DNA from: Candidatus Krumholzibacteriota bacterium
Lineage (GTDB): Bacteria > Krumholzibacteriota > Krumholzibacteriia > JAJRXK01
Direction of reading: 5' to 3'
NCBI GenBank assembly: GCA_963764625.1
Contig: CAVXTH010000009.1
Span: forward strand, 704,001-768,000
Length of the DNA stretch: 64,000 nucleotides
Shown: positions 18,762 to 30,816 of the stretch, one piece after another
Numbering within the stretch: the stretch's first letter is position 1
Layout: each line of letters begins with the position of its first letter
The notes under the pieces: generated by a model
Told to the model about the DNA's origin: nothing
What the model saw: the letters and a program-made list of their open reading frames with translations, nothing else
Database searches by the model: none
Translations under genes and position numbers: made by a program

Positions 18762-19994
18762 GTGTCTGTCTCCTGGTACCGTCGTAGCCTGGCGGTTCTC
18801 ATTCTGAGCCTCTGCGGCGTTCTCGCCCCCTTGTTGGCGCGGGCTCAACCGGTACCCGCCCACGTCGTACTGGTTTTCATCGACGGCCCTCGCTATACCG
18901 AGAGTTTCGGCGCGCCGTTTCGGATCCCCCGCATCTGGAACGATCTTCGACCGGCCGGCTGCGTTCTGACCGACTATCGCAACGATGGGAAGACCCTCAC
19001 GGTCTCCGGGCACGCGACCACCGTCTGTGGCCGCCATCAGAGTCTCGCGAACGACGGGAGCGAGCGCCCCCACGACCTCACCCTCTTCGAGCGCTATCGC
19101 AAGACGAGCGGGGCTCCCAAGAGCGAGGTCTGGGTGGTGGCGGGGAAGTCGAAGCTGAATGTCCTGGCCTACAGCGATGATCCCGAAGGGGGAGAGGCCT
19201 TTGCGGCTGCGGACACCGTCGGCATGGGGGCTGACATTCCCACCATGAACACGGTGCTTTCCGTGCTCGCACTCCACCACCCCCGATTTACGGTCGTGAA
19301 CCTGCCCGATGTCGACTTGATCGCGCACGGTGGAGATTGGGACGGTTATCTCGCTGCGATCACGCGCGCGGATTCGCTGGTGGGTGTGCTGTGGGACTTT
19401 CTCCAGAGCGATCCCGAATATGCGGGTCGGAGCGCACTGGTCGTGACCGCGGATCACGGGCGTCACGACAATCGCCCCACCGAGCCCCACGACGGATTTC
19501 AGAGCCACGGCGACGCCTGTGAGGGATGCCAGCACATCATGCTGGCCGCCGCCGGGGTGGGATTTAGAAGCGGAGTTCAGATCAGCGCCACGAACGATCA
19601 AGCCGATCTCGGCGCCACCCTGGCGCAGCTCATGGACATCGATGCCAGCGGCATGGAGGGCTTTCCCATCTTCGCCATGCTCGAGACTCCAACCGCCGCG
19701 CCCACGGTTCGTCAAGAGGGCGCGCGAATTTTGGGAGTACGACCACACCCCTTCTACGCAGGGGGAGCAATTCTTCTCGCGCCACGCTCGGGCGCTGCGT
19801 TCCAGCTGAGCATCTTCGATCAGCGAGGGCGATTGGTGAAGATCTTCCATCACGTGGGGATTACGGCGGAGGAGTTTCTGGTACGCTGGGATGGCAGGGA
19901 TGAATCCGGACGCACCGTCGCCAGCGGGGTCTATCAGCTCCGTCTCCGGGACGCGCGGAGCGAAGACCGCTGTTCTCTCACTCTCCTGCAATGA
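18762..19994 (+). CDS. Secreted alkaline-phosphatase/sulfatase-superfamily enzyme with FlgD-Ig-like CTD
   Basis: Signal peptide; VLVFIDG, T nucleophile in TVSGH, DLIAH, VTADHGRH; WDGRD..ASGVY tail; AAGGAGG RBS. Confidence 0.82.
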   Translation: MSVSWYRRSLAVLILSLCGVLAPLLARAQPVPAHVVLVFIDGPRYTESFGAPFRIPRIWNDLRPAGCVLTDYRNDGKTLTVSGHATTVCGRHQSLANDGSERPHDLTLFERYRKTSGAPKSEVWVVAGKSKLNVLAYSDDPEGGEAFAAADTVGMGADIPTMNTVLSVLALHHPRFTVVNLPDVDLIAHGGDWDGYLAAITRADSLVGVLWDFLQSDPEYAGRSALVVTADHGRHDNRPTEPHDGFQSHGDACEGCQHIMLAAAGVGFRSGVQISATNDQADLGATLAQLMDIDASGMEGFPIFAMLETPTAAPTVRQEGARILGVRPHPFYAGGAILLAPRSGAAFQLSIFDQRGRLVKIFHHVGITAEEFLVRWDGRDESGRTVASGVYQLRLRDARSEDRCSLTLLQ

Positions 19995-20036
19995 TGACCG
20001 AGCTCTCTGGATCTTCCCCATCGTCCTAGGGTTTCC

Positions 20037-21510
20037 ATGGTGTTGCAAATGATTCGGCAGGCCGCGAGCCTTCTCCTCCATCGTGAAGGGGACTCGCGGG
20101 TTTATCTCGTGTTGCGAAATCCCGAGCTTCGCTTCCTCGGTGGCTACTGGGCCTTCCCTGGAGGCAGCGTGGGAGCGGCCGACCGTGCGGAGAAGGATCT
20201 CGTGCAGGGCGAGGACGCGGAGTTGGCGTCCTTCCGTTTCTGCGCGGCCCGGGAGATGCTCGAGGAGGTGGGGGTGGACGCATCGACCCCCGCCGCCGGC
20301 GATGCGGCGGCGCTGAGACGGGCCACTCTTAGCCAGAGCCTCGAGTTACGCGCGTGATCTGTCCCAGAGAACCGCGCATGTCGAGGCCCGGTGGTTCCTC
20401 CCAGTCGCGCGCTTGCTCACGCCCGCCTTTTACCCGGTGCGATTCGATACCGTTTTCTTCCGCGTGGAGTTAACAGGCCAGGAGCCCGAAGTGTGGCCGG
20501 GGGAATTGACCGAGGGGCGTTGGGAAGAGGCGGCGACCTGGCTCATGCTCTGGCGCAAGGGAGAGCTTTTGCTCGCGCCGCCGATCGTCTTGATACTGCG
20601 GCTCCTGAAGGCGCATGGATGGGATGGCGTTGCGGCAAAACTCGAGTCTCTCAGCGAGGACTTCGAGCGCGGCAAGATCCATCCGATCTTCTTCAATCCG
20701 GCGGTCCAGCTCCTTCCCCTACTCACTCCCACTCTGCCCCCCGCGACGCACACGAACGCGTTCCTTGTGGGAAAAGATCCGGCGTACCTCATCGATCCCG
20801 CTTCGCCCCACCGCGAAGTTCAAGCTCTTTTGGACGAGGCTCTCAGCGACGCGATCGCCGGGGGCGCACGATTGCGTGCCATTCTCCTCACGCACCACCA
20901 TCCCGACCACGTGGGAGCGGTGGAGCACGTGCGCAAGTCCCTCGCGCTGCCCGTCTGGGCCCACGCCACCACCGCCCGGCTCCTTAGGGGGAGAATCGCT
21001 GTGGATCGCGAACTGGAGGACGGGGAGCGCTTAGCTCTGGGCGTTAGCCCCGGCGGCAAGGAAGACTGGGAGCTCGAATGCCACTTCACTCCGGGTCACG
21101 CCGCGGGTCACCTCTGCTACTTCGAACGGGAATACGGGAGTCTGATCGCCGGAGACATGGTCTCCACTCTGTCCAGCATCCTGGTACATCCCGACGATGG
21201 TGATATGATCGATTACATGAGCTCACTGCGCCGTCTTCAAGAATTGCCGGTTCGCGTCGTCTTTCCCGCACACGGACCGGCGAGCAATCAGGGTATCGAA
21301 TTGTTGCGGGCTCAGTATTCACACCGCGAGGATCGTGAGCAGGCGGTCATGAGTTGTGTTTCCAAGGGCACGCGTGAGCTTTCGGAAGTGGTGGCTGAAG
21401 TGTACGAAGACATCCCCGAGGAAATGCGCGAATATGCCGCCTTGAGCGTGCAATCGATTCTGAAGAAGCTCGTCGCCGAGGGGATCGCAGGAGCCAAAGG
21501 AGTGACATGA
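20037..21510 (+). CDS. NUDIX hydrolase fused to a metallo-beta-lactamase-fold (LACTB2-like) domain; apparent +1 frameshift between 20317 and 20354
   Basis: FPGGSV..AAREMLEEVG (Nudix box), RLLTP..RFDTVFF, then THHHPDHVG, TPGHAAGH, AGD, PAHG and a C-terminal winged helix. The downstream frame is open from 20317. Confidence 0.85.
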
Positions 21511-23297
21511 AGACTCGCGAGAAACTCTCCAAGCTGCGTCAGCTCATGCAAAAGCGCGGTCTCAGCGCCTACCTCGTACCCAGTACGGATGCCCATGACG
21601 ACGAGTACGTGCCGGCTTGCTTTCGGCGGCGCGCATTCATGAGTGGTTTCACCGGCAGCGCCGGAGACCTGGTGGTTCTGCCGGATAAGGCCGGGCTGTG
21701 GACCGACGGACGCTATTTTTTGCAGGCAGCTCAGCAATTGAAGGGAAGCGGAATCAAGCTCTATCGCGCCGGGAATCCGGGCGTGCCCTCCATTGCGGAG
21801 TTCTTGAGGCGTGAACTCCTAGAGGGTGAGAAACTGGGGGCGGATCCCCGAACCCTGAGCCTCTCGCGGGCCGAGTCGTTGAAGGAAGTGCTGAAGAAGA
21901 CGGGCGTGATTCTGAAACCGGTATCCCAGAATCTGGTCGATGCGGTCTGGGACGACCAGCCCGCCATGCCCCGCGAGGAAATCACGCCTCTCCCCAAGAG
22001 CTTCAGCGGGGAGTCTTCGGCGAGCAAGCTCAAGCGCATTCGCAAAGTCATGAAGGAACAGGAAGTCGACGCGCACCTCCTGACCACCCTGGACTCGATC
22101 GCCTGGACTTTCAACATCCGGGGCCGGGACGTCGAGTACAATCCCGTCGTCATTTCGTATGCGCTCATCACCCACCAGGACGCCACTCTCTTCGTCGATC
22201 CTCGCAAAGTCACTACTCGGGTTTTAAGCCATCTGGGCCGCGGCGTGAAAGTGAGAAAGTACGAGTCGATCGAGGCGGCGCTCGAAACTCTCTCGCGGCG
22301 CAAAGTACGCGTGTGGGTGGATGGTGCCACCGCCAATTTATGGGTGGTCGAACTTCTCAAAGGCGCGCGTCTTTCTACCAGACCCTCGCCGGTTCTACGC
22401 ATGAAGTCCGCCAAGAACGAAGTCGAAATCAAGGGAATGAAAGCGGCGCACATCCGTGACGGCGTGGCGATGGTGCGTTTTCTGCGTTGGCTCTTCGAGA
22501 GCGTGCCGGAGGGTGGAGTCACCGAGCTGAGCGCCGCCGCTAAGCTCGAGGGATTTCGTTCGCGGGGCCAACACTTTCGCGGACTCTCCTTCGAGTCGAT
22601 CAGCGCGTATTCCGCGCACGGAGCAGTCATCCACTACTCCGCCGACGAGGAGAGCAACGTCCCCTTGAAACCCAAGGGAATCTATCTCATCGATTCGGGA
22701 GGACAGTATCTCGACGGTACCACCGACATCACGCGCACCTGGCTCTTGGGGGGACGTGCGACGCCATTCCAGCGCCGCAGCTACACGCGCGTGATCCAGG
22801 GCCATATCGCGCTCGCGCGAGCGCGGTTTCCGCGGGGTACCCGGGGGATGCGCCTGGACACTCTCGCCCGCATGTACCTCTGGGAAGACGGCCTGGACTA
22901 CAACCACGGTACGGGCCATGGAGTGGGCGCCTATCTCAACGTACACGAGGGTCCGCAGGCCATCAGCCCAACTCGTTGCACGGGGGTGCCCCTGGAAGAG
23001 GGGAACGTCCTCTCCAACGAGCCCGGATACTACGAGCCCGGCAAGTTCGGCATTCGGATCGAGAATCTGGTCTTGGTGCGCAAGGACGAGGAACTCTCCC
23101 AGGAAGGAGAGAGCTGGTATCGCTTCGAAGACCTCACCTGTTGTCCCTTGGATACGAATTTGATCGAACTCAAACTGCTCTCTCAGACCGAACGTGGCTG
23201 GATCAACGACTATCACGCGTGGGTGAAGAAGAAGTTGAGCAAGAAGCTGAACGAGAAGGACCGGCGCTGGCTCAACCGGGCTTGCCGGCGCATCTAG
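21507..23297 (+). CDS. Aminopeptidase P (M24B, Xaa-Pro aminopeptidase)
   Basis: SGFTGSAG, WTDGRY, DSGGQYLDGTTDITRT, HGTGHGVG..VHEGP, NEPGYY, GIRIEN. Confidence 0.95.
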   Translation: MKTREKLSKLRQLMQKRGLSAYLVPSTDAHDDEYVPACFRRRAFMSGFTGSAGDLVVLPDKAGLWTDGRYFLQAAQQLKGSGIKLYRAGNPGVPSIAEFLRRELLEGEKLGADPRTLSLSRAESLKEVLKKTGVILKPVSQNLVDAVWDDQPAMPREEITPLPKSFSGESSASKLKRIRKVMKEQEVDAHLLTTLDSIAWTFNIRGRDVEYNPVVISYALITHQDATLFVDPRKVTTRVLSHLGRGVKVRKYESIEAALETLSRRKVRVWVDGATANLWVVELLKGARLSTRPSPVLRMKSAKNEVEIKGMKAAHIRDGVAMVRFLRWLFESVPEGGVTELSAAAKLEGFRSRGQHFRGLSFESISAYSAHGAVIHYSADEESNVPLKPKGIYLIDSGGQYLDGTTDITRTWLLGGRATPFQRRSYTRVIQGHIALARARFPRGTRGMRLDTLARMYLWEDGLDYNHGTGHGVGAYLNVHEGPQAISPTRCTGVPLEEGNVLSNEPGYYEPGKFGIRIENLVLVRKDEELSQEGESWYRFEDLTCCPLDTNLIELKLLSQTERGWINDYHAWVKKKLSKKLNEKDRRWLNRACRRI

Positions 23298-23641
23298 GAC
23301 TTTGGTTCGTCCTTCAGCCGGGCTCGTTCGAGCGCGATTTCGCGCACGAGCCCGGTGATGTCCCTTTCCAGTCCTTCCAGGCGTGTGAAGAGTCGCAGGA
23401 GCAGGTAGAACACCAGGAGCAGGGCGAGATAGGTGACCAGATCGACACCTCGCCCGACTCCGACCAGATGGGCGAGAAGGGTGGTGAATTCGGGCCGAAG
23501 CACCACGATCCCCACCACGATCCAAAAGAGAGTCCAGAGCACGGCCGGGATTCGCGTCAGCTTCCCTTGGCCCTGTCGCCGCCAAATGGTAACGAGTGCG
23601 AAGAGACAAAAGAGAAGGATCAGGATTTGGATTGCCAACAT
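23294..23641 (-). CDS. DUF2304-family membrane protein
   Basis: LAHLVGVGRGVDLV..Y and ITGLVREIAL pattern. Confidence 0.8.
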   Translation of the reverse strand: MLAIQILILLFCLFALVTIWRRQGQGKLTRIPAVLWTLFWIVVGIVVLRPEFTTLLAHLVGVGRGVDLVTYLALLLVFYLLLRLFTRLEGLERDITGLVREIALERARLKDEPKS

Positions 23642-23698
23642 GGTTCCCGCTTCGGTTGGAATGAAATCCTCGTGCTTCGGTCCCAGGAGTCTTGGCTA

Positions 23699-24709
23699 CT
23701 AGCCGTTCTCCTTTGAATCGACACCCCAGGCGCCGAGTAACCTCCAGGCGGCCTGCGTGACGGGCAGGTGCCCGCTCAGCACATCGTTCTCGACTTCGCC
23801 CAGGATACTCTGAACTGATTCGTCGTGGTAAAACGATTCGCGAAGCCGTTCCTCGACCATCCTGTGCAACCACTCCAGCGATTGCCGCTTCCGACGCTCG
23901 GCGAAGACGCCGCTCTTGCGAGTGAACGAGGCAAATTCTTCTACCATCTTCCAAAGCTCCTCGACGCCTTCGCCGGTGAGCGCCGACCCGCTTCGCACCG
24001 GTGTGGTCCAGCCGTCGGTGGCGTGGGGTAGAAGGCTGAGAGCGTTCTCGTAGCTCGTCCGCGTTTGCTCCGCCGTCCGGCGGTTCTCGCCGTCGGCCTT
24101 GTTGATGAGAACTCCGTCGGCGATCTCCATGATCCCACGCTTGATGCCCTGAAGTTCGTCGCCGGCGCCCGCAATGAGGACGAGCAGAAAGAAATCCACC
24201 ATGCCGCGCACGCTGATTTCGCTTTGACCCACGCCCACCGTCTCCACGATCAAGACGTCGTATCCGGCGGCCTCGAACAGCACCATCGTCTCGCGGGTCT
24301 TGCGCGCCACTCCGCCGAGCGTGCCACCGCTGGGGCTCGGCCGTATGAAGGCCTCGGGATCGCGCGCCAGGGTTTCCATGCGGGTCTTGTCCCCCAGGAT
24401 GCTGCCCCGGCTGCGGCTGCTGGACGGATCGACGGCCATGACGGCAAGCCGGTGCCCCGCCGCAGTGAGCTGGCGCCCCAGGCTTTCGATGAGAGTGCTC
24501 TTGCCCGAACCGGGAAGGCCGCTGACTCCCAATCGGATGGAGCGCCCCGCCCGGGGCAGAAGCGCCGCGAGGACCTCCTGTGCTCGCTCCTGGTGGTGGG
24601 GGGCATTGGATTCGATGAGAGTGATCGTGCGTCCCAGCAGGGTGCGATCTCTCGAGAGCACTCCCTCGACGTACTCGCTGGTGGGGAGAATCTCACGCGA
24701 GAAACTCAT
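23699..24709 (-). CDS. meaB: Methylmalonyl-CoA mutase-associated GTPase
   Basis: [38 protein letters not shown]. Confidence 0.95.
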   Translation of the reverse strand: MSFSREILPTSEYVEGVLSRDRTLLGRTITLIESNAPHHQERAQEVLAALLPRAGRSIRLGVSGLPGSGKSTLIESLGRQLTAAGHRLAVMAVDPSSSRSRGSILGDKTRMETLARDPEAFIRPSPSGGTLGGVARKTRETMVLFEAAGYDVLIVETVGVGQSEISVRGMVDFFLLVLIAGAGDELQGIKRGIMEIADGVLINKADGENRRTAEQTRTSYENALSLLPHATDGWTTPVRSGSALTGEGVEELWKMVEEFASFTRKSGVFAERRKRQSLEWLHRMVEERLRESFYHDESVQSILGEVENDVLSGHLPVTQAAWRLLGAWGVDSKENG

Positions 24710-26877
24710 GAAGACATCAGGTCCTGGAGGATTTTTTTCGCCGCGGCGGGGATGACGGTGCCGGGGCCGAAGATGGCCGCGGCGCCGTTTTCGTAAAGGA
24801 ACTCATGATCCTGTACCGGAATGACTCCCCCCAGCACGATCAAAATGTCCTCACGGTGCAGACGAACGAGCTCCGCCACGAGTTTGGGAAGAAGGGTCTT
24901 GTGTCCGCCGGCCAGAGTCGACATTCCTACCAGGTGGACGTCGTTCTCGACTGCCTGTCGGGCCGTTTCTTCCGGGGTTTGAAAGAGCGGACCGACGTCG
25001 ACGTCGAATCCCATGTCGGCGAACGAAGTGGAGATGACCCGCGCCCCGCGATCGTGTCCGTCCTGCCCCATCTTCGCCACCAGAATCCGGGGCCGGCGCC
25101 CTTCCTTCTTCTCGAAGGCATCCGCGAGGGCCCGCACCTCGTCGATCTCCTTGGAGTGACTGTATTCCGCACTGTACACGCCGTGAATCATCCCCGTGTC
25201 GGCTTTGTGTCGGCCCCAGACGGCCTCCAGAGCATAGCTGATCTCGCCCAGAGTTGCCCGTGCCTTTGCCGCCTCCACCGAGAGCTCGAGGAGATTCTCC
25301 TCCTTCGTTCGCGCCGCCTCGCTCAGGGCACGAAGTCTCTCTTGCACCAGCGCCTCGTCTCTCTTGGACTTGAGTTCTTCGAGGCGCGCGATCTGCTGCT
25401 CCCGGACCGCTCGATTGTCCACCTCCAGGATGTCCAGGGGCGCCTCCGTTTCCGGCTGGAATCGGTTCACGCCGACGATGATCTCATCTTTCGAGTCGAT
25501 CCTGGCCTGGCGGCGCGCCGAGGCTTCCTCGATGCGCAGCTTGGGCACGCCAGTGGCGATCGCCTTGGCCATGCCTCCCAGTTCCTCGATCTCCTCGATG
25601 TGGGCCAGGGCGCGCCGCATCAGGGCATCGGTGAGGGATTCCAGGTAGTAGCTTCCCCCCCAGGGGTCGATCACCTCGCAGATACCGGTCTCTTCTTGCA
25701 GGTAGAGCTGGGTGTTGCGCGCTATGCGCGCCGAGAAATCGGTGGGCAGAGCGATGGCTTCGTCCAGCGCGTTGGTGTGCAGGCTCTGGGTGTGACCCAG
25801 AGCCGCGGCCATGGCCTCGATGCATGTGCGCGCCACGTTGTTGAACGGGTCCTGAGCGGTGAGGCTCCATCCACTCGTCTGACTGTGCGTGCGCAGTGCC
25901 ATGCTCTTGGGGTCCTGGGGATCGAACTGTTTCATGAGCTTCGCCCAGAGCATGCGCGCCGCGCGGAGTTTGGCCACCTCCATGAAGTAGTTCATTCCGA
26001 TGCCCCAGAAGAAGGACAGCCGGGGCGCGAAATCGTCGACCTTAAGGCCGGCCTTCAATCCGGTACGGACGTATTCGAGACCGTCAGCCAGGGTATAAGC
26101 CATTTCCAGATCCGCGGTGGCTCCCGCCTCCTGCATGTGGTAGCCGGAAATGGAGACGGAATTGAACTTGGGCATGTGCTGCGCAACGTAGGCAATGATG
26201 TCCCCCGTGATCCGCATGCTCTGCTCGGGAGGATAGATGTAGGTGTTGCGTACCATGTATTCCTTGAGGATGTCGTTCTGGATGGTGCCGTTGAGCGAAG
26301 CCAGAGGGCAGCCCTGCTCCAGAGCCGCCACGATGTAGAAGGCCATGATGGGGAGGACCGCCCCGTTCATGGTCATCGACACCGACATCTGAGACAGGGG
26401 AATTCCTTCGAACAGAACCTTCAGGTCTTCCACGCTGTCGATCGCGACCCCCGCATTGCCCACGTCCGAGATCACTCGCGGATGGTCGCTGTCGTATCCC
26501 CGATGAGTGGCGAGGTCGAAGGCCACTGACAGTCCTCTCTGTCCCGCGGCCAGATTGCGGCGATAGAATTGGTTGCTCTCTCGGGCGGTGGAGAACCCGG
26601 CGTACTGACGAACCGTCCATGGGCGTCCGATGTACATGGTGGCATAGGGTCCACGGGGAAACGGCGGAATCCCGGCGGAGTACTGGAGATGCTCCAGCTC
26701 CTTCAGGTCCGAGCCATCGTAGAGCGGGCGGAGTTCGATTTTTTCCAATGTTCGCCTGAGCCACTCCTCGGGGTTTCGTCCGGTTTCTTCACGCACGCGC
26801 TGCTCCCATTCACCGCGCGTAGCGTGAACCTCGGGCATGCCGAGTGCGATGCGGGAAAAATTCGGCACCCGGCTCAT
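24706..26877 (-). CDS. scpA: Methylmalonyl-CoA mutase large (catalytic, B12-binding) subunit
   Basis: [39 protein letters not shown]. Confidence 0.97.
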   Translation of the reverse strand: MSRVPNFSRIALGMPEVHATRGEWEQRVREETGRNPEEWLRRTLEKIELRPLYDGSDLKELEHLQYSAGIPPFPRGPYATMYIGRPWTVRQYAGFSTARESNQFYRRNLAAGQRGLSVAFDLATHRGYDSDHPRVISDVGNAGVAIDSVEDLKVLFEGIPLSQMSVSMTMNGAVLPIMAFYIVAALEQGCPLASLNGTIQNDILKEYMVRNTYIYPPEQSMRITGDIIAYVAQHMPKFNSVSISGYHMQEAGATADLEMAYTLADGLEYVRTGLKAGLKVDDFAPRLSFFWGIGMNYFMEVAKLRAARMLWAKLMKQFDPQDPKSMALRTHSQTSGWSLTAQDPFNNVARTCIEAMAAALGHTQSLHTNALDEAIALPTDFSARIARNTQLYLQEETGICEVIDPWGGSYYLESLTDALMRRALAHIEEIEELGGMAKAIATGVPKLRIEEASARRQARIDSKDEIIVGVNRFQPETEAPLDILEVDNRAVREQQIARLEELKSKRDEALVQERLRALSEAARTKEENLLELSVEAAKARATLGEISYALEAVWGRHKADTGMIHGVYSAEYSHSKEIDEVRALADAFEKKEGRRPRILVAKMGQDGHDRGARVISTSFADMGFDVDVGPLFQTPEETARQAVENDVHLVGMSTLAGGHKTLLPKLVAELVRLHREDILIVLGGVIPVQDHEFLYENGAAAIFGPGTVIPAAAKKILQDLMSS

Positions 26878-28991
26878 CAGTCGACCCCCAGTCGCTGGGC
26901 GATGAGCTGAAGCGTGGCGAGAATCGGGCTCTCACCGTGCAAGAACACTCCGACCCCGTCCTTTTTTAGGCGCGCGCGCAGACCCGGGTCCTTGGGGCAC
27001 GCGGCTACCACCACGGTGGACTCCGGCTGGCTGGTCTTCAGCTCGCGGATCAGGGTTTGTGTGTCTTTCGGGTAGTCTGCGTCGGCGGCGCACAGGAGCA
27101 GAATCGAGGCGCCGTTCTTCTCGATCGCTTGCAGCGCCGCTCTGCGGTCATCTCCGGATTGCCCGGGCAGGACTTCGAATCCGCCCACCTCGAGAAGCGA
27201 GACTGCGACGGCGAGCCCAGAAGAGTAAGCTTCTTCTCGACCCAGGGTGATGGGGAGCACTCGTAGCCGCTTTCCCTCCGCGCGTGCCGCCTCGACGCGT
27301 TCCCGGAAATCCTCGAAGGGGGCGGCTTCGCGACGCAGGGGAATCGCCTCGATGGCAGAGCTTTCGGACCCACCACGACTCGAGACGATCGAGAGCTCGC
27401 TGAAGCTCATCCTCGCGGCCGCGGCCTGCAATGCGGCCTCCACCAGGGTTTCCGCGTGCGCCGGATCCGGCGAACTTGCCGCGGCGGAGACCGCCTCGGC
27501 CAGCGCGCTCTCGGCCGCGCGCACCCGCTTGGGATCGCGCCCCTCATGGCTCGGCTTGGAGGCTGCCTGCCGCTTCGTCACCGGCGGAGTCTTGTTCGCG
27601 GAAGTGGAGTCCGATGGCCTGGCGGCGGGGTACTTGTTGATGCCGATGCGCACCAGGCGGCCCAGTTCTGCTTTCTCGAGTTCCTCTCGATGGGTGGAGG
27701 CGATCCTCGCCTGGACCGATCCTTCGCGGAGGGCGGACTCGAGCCCTCCGCTCGCTTCGACCTCTTGCAGGATCTGCCACGAACGGTCTGCGAGTTCGGC
27801 TGTCATCCGCTCGATGTAGTAGGAGCCGCCACCGGGGTCCATCACGTCGGCGACGCGAGCCTCGTCCTTGAGGATGTACTGGAGATTGCGGGCGAGTCGG
27901 CGGGCGAACGCGGTCTCTCGCGGGAGCGCGGCATCGAACCCGTCGACATGAATGCTGTTTGCGCCTCCCACCGCGGCGCTGAACGCCTCGCTGGTGGCGC
28001 GGAGCAGATTGAGATGGGGCTGCTGGCACGTCAGGTTGCGCCGGGAAGTTCTCGCGTGCAGGGGAGCGTGGCAATCCTGCTCCTTGACGCCACAACTTAA
28101 GAGCACGCGCGACAGCAGCATCCGCGCCGCGCGCAGTTTCGCGATTTCGGTGAAGAACGTGGAACCGATCGCGAAACTCCAGTGGAGATGAGCTGCCGCG
28201 GTGGAAGGATCGACGCCGCGCTCCTGCAGTTCCCGAAGACTCGCGACCACTGCCGCCAGGGCCAGGCCGAGTTCCTGTGCGGCGTGGGCGCCGCCATCGT
28301 GCCAGATTTCGCCGTGGCACCAGATCGTCCCCATTTCCGGGGCGTGCTTGGCGCACCACGTCGTTGTCGCTGCCAACTCGTCGAAACTATGGGCGAGGGA
28401 TTGGGGGAGTTCGCCGTCACGCGCGAGAGCTCCCAGCGGATCAGCCGCGATGGCGCCCTGCCAATTCTCGGAAGGAAGACCGAGCCTCTGCCAGTAGGCG
28501 CCGAGGACGGCCAGAGGCTGAAGGCTCAGCGCGCCGGCATCGAGGAAGACTGCGGCCGAAGCGGTTTCGGCTCCGCCCAGAATGGTCTCGAGTTCGTCGA
28601 TCGAGAGAGACGAGTTGCCCAGACGCGATGGCAGCGGGAGGACGAGGTGGATGATCTCCTCCTCGCGCAGCACTTCCAGAGTTTGGGCATCGTAGCTGAG
28701 CAAAGATTCGTCTTCGCCCATCTCCTGAGCGACCCGCCAGCCGCGCTCGCTGAAGGCCGAATTCCCTCGGGTGAAGGGGGCGAAGCCCGGAGGGGCCTCT
28801 TGGTGGTGAAGACCGGTCAGGTCCTCGGCGCGGTAGATCGGCGCGAGAGGCACTCCTTCGACAGTCTCTCGCTCCAGCAATTCCTGGAAGGCGGCTTCAC
28901 CCAATAGCTCGAGGGCGCGCGTTCGCCAGGCCCCTGGCTTCTCGGGAGGGAACTCTCGCAGAATTCTCTCTCGGGCATTCGGAGAAGGCAT
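26877..28991 (-). CDS. mutA: Methylmalonyl-CoA mutase small (non-catalytic) subunit
   Basis: [33 protein letters not shown]; lacks DxHxxG; directly upstream of the large subunit. Confidence 0.9.
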   Translation of the reverse strand: MPSPNARERILREFPPEKPGAWRTRALELLGEAAFQELLERETVEGVPLAPIYRAEDLTGLHHQEAPPGFAPFTRGNSAFSERGWRVAQEMGEDESLLSYDAQTLEVLREEEIIHLVLPLPSRLGNSSLSIDELETILGGAETASAAVFLDAGALSLQPLAVLGAYWQRLGLPSENWQGAIAADPLGALARDGELPQSLAHSFDELAATTTWCAKHAPEMGTIWCHGEIWHDGGAHAAQELGLALAAVVASLRELQERGVDPSTAAAHLHWSFAIGSTFFTEIAKLRAARMLLSRVLLSCGVKEQDCHAPLHARTSRRNLTCQQPHLNLLRATSEAFSAAVGGANSIHVDGFDAALPRETAFARRLARNLQYILKDEARVADVMDPGGGSYYIERMTAELADRSWQILQEVEASGGLESALREGSVQARIASTHREELEKAELGRLVRIGINKYPAARPSDSTSANKTPPVTKRQAASKPSHEGRDPKRVRAAESALAEAVSAAASSPDPAHAETLVEAALQAAAARMSFSELSIVSSRGGSESSAIEAIPLRREAAPFEDFRERVEAARAEGKRLRVLPITLGREEAYSSGLAVAVSLLEVGGFEVLPGQSGDDRRAALQAIEKNGASILLLCAADADYPKDTQTLIRELKTSQPESTVVVAACPKDPGLRARLKKDGVGVFLHGESPILATLQLIAQRLGVD

Positions 28992-29051
28992 CGATTCCGC
29001 CTCCGGGACGATCCTAGGAGAGTGGACTCTCCCTCGGCTGCTTGCGGTCGG

Positions 29052-30806
29052 TCAGCTCTTCAAATTGAATTTGGCACCGGTCCACGCCGCGAAGCTCTTC
29101 TTCTGCTCGGGTGTAAGGTCCGCAAGTGCGACCAGTTGCATGGGGGGGTACGGGTTCGCAAGGAACTTGATGCTGCCCTCCACGAGTCGTCCGTGCCGGA
29201 ACGCGTGCCATTGAACCGTCTCGCCGGGGCGGTACAGTTTCAGGCGTTTCTCGAGATCGCCCGAGATTTCCAGGCCGTCCAGAGCTGCGATCACGTCTTC
29301 CGCCATCAGTCCCGCGGTGTACGCGGAACCGCCGGACAGCACGCTCGAGAGCACGCTTCTCCCTTCCTTGACCTGCACGCTGGCGCCCAGCCAGGCCGTC
29401 TCGACTTCCTCTTTTTCCAGGGGCTTCTTCTGGATCCGCAGACCCACGTGCGCGAGGGCCTCGTCGTAGTCCAGCTTGACCGTGCCATCGATCGTGTCGC
29501 CCAGGAAAACCGACATCTCGATTCCCGTCGCGGCCTTCACGATTTCGGGATAGCTTCCCTCGGCCACGCCCTCGCCGGCGGCGTAGACCTTGGACCAGAG
29601 ATAACGCATGACGTCATCCAGACTCTTCTCGTCGCCACTCAGCCGGCGCAAATGGAGATCGAGGAGCAGCGCCACCAGCATCCCTCTCTGATAGTAGCTT
29701 ACTTGGGAATTTTGTCCGTCGAGACTGGGCCGATAGAGCTTGATCCAGGTGTCGAAAGAAGAGTCGGAGACGCTCTGTACCTGATTTCCCGGGCGCGCCC
29801 ATTCCGCGCGAATGTTCTCGGCCGTGAATTCCAAGTAGCGTTTGACGCCGTACACGCTCGCCCGCAGGGGAATGAGTTCGTCGTAGTAGTTCGTTACACC
29901 CTCGAAGGCCCACAGTAAACGGGTGTGCGTTTCCCTGCGGTAATCGTAGTTCAAAAAGAGCTCGGGACGGATTCGCTTGACGTTCCAGATGTGGAAGTAC
30001 TCGTGAGCCACCAGAGTGAGGAAACGGTGGTATTCGACTTTGGGGCGGAAACCCAACCGAGGCCACGCGAGCGCGGTGCTCATGCAGTGCTCGAGTCCGC
30101 CCATGCCGGTCTCGGTGAGAAGCAGAATGAAGAGGTAACGCTTTAGATCGGAAGGGAGACCGCCGAAGATCTTGGCCTCCGCTTCGACGATGGCCTCCAT
30201 GTCCTTCAGCATGGGCTTCAGGTCGAAGTTGCCCTCCCCTTCGATCACCAGCTCGTGCTTCACTCCCGCCGCCGTGAACTCATGCAGTGGCATCGCTCCC
30301 ATTTCCATGGGGCTGTCCACGAGCGTATCGTAGTCAGCGACGAGAAAGACGTTCTTGCCCTTGCCGGGCAGGGCGGTGTACACCGACCAGCCGTCGGGGC
30401 ATTTTACCTCCAGCTGTGCGGGACGTTCCTCGAGGCCCTCGATAGCCAAGAAAGTGCCGGCGGGATTGATGAACGCGTGCTGGTCCGTGATGTCGTTGGT
30501 GCGGACCGTGAGTTCCGGCGCGAAAACGCGGTAGACCACGCGCAACGAGCGGGCGTTCTTGGTGTCGACTTCCCAGCTCAGTTTGTCGGTCTTTTGAGTG
30601 TCAAGCGAGGATTCGCCGTCGAAGGCATCGAGCCGGATGACGTTTCCCGCATACTCGCGGAGGAGATAGGAACCGGGCACCCAGGCTGGCATCCACAGCC
30701 GCAGCGGCCGTTCGAAGGGTCCATCCAGGGTGATCTGTACCTCGAGATGGCGGGCGGGAATGTCGGCGATCGACAGACGGTAGCGTGGGTTGCTCTGCCC
30801 TTCCAT
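29052..30806 (-). CDS. M61 glycyl aminopeptidase with C-terminal PDZ domain
   Basis: MPAWVPGSY, GGLEH, HEYFHIWNVKRIRP, EGVTNYY, PDZ (AYTAGLMAEDVI). Confidence 0.93.
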   Translation of the reverse strand: MEGQSNPRYRLSIADIPARHLEVQITLDGPFERPLRLWMPAWVPGSYLLREYAGNVIRLDAFDGESSLDTQKTDKLSWEVDTKNARSLRVVYRVFAPELTVRTNDITDQHAFINPAGTFLAIEGLEERPAQLEVKCPDGWSVYTALPGKGKNVFLVADYDTLVDSPMEMGAMPLHEFTAAGVKHELVIEGEGNFDLKPMLKDMEAIVEAEAKIFGGLPSDLKRYLFILLLTETGMGGLEHCMSTALAWPRLGFRPKVEYHRFLTLVAHEYFHIWNVKRIRPELFLNYDYRRETHTRLLWAFEGVTNYYDELIPLRASVYGVKRYLEFTAENIRAEWARPGNQVQSVSDSSFDTWIKLYRPSLDGQNSQVSYYQRGMLVALLLDLHLRRLSGDEKSLDDVMRYLWSKVYAAGEGVAEGSYPEIVKAATGIEMSVFLGDTIDGTVKLDYDEALAHVGLRIQKKPLEKEEVETAWLGASVQVKEGRSVLSSVLSGGSAYTAGLMAEDVIAALDGLEISGDLEKRLKLYRPGETVQWHAFRHGRLVEGSIKFLANPYPPMQLVALADLTPEQKKSFAAWTGAKFNLKS

Positions 30807-30816
30807 GGCTTCCTTT

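Noticed and set aside
26877-28991. Mutase subunit lacking the B12-binding His as a possible pseudogene
   Set aside because: This is normal for the small subunit of heterodimeric methylmalonyl-CoA mutases, and the ORF is intact.
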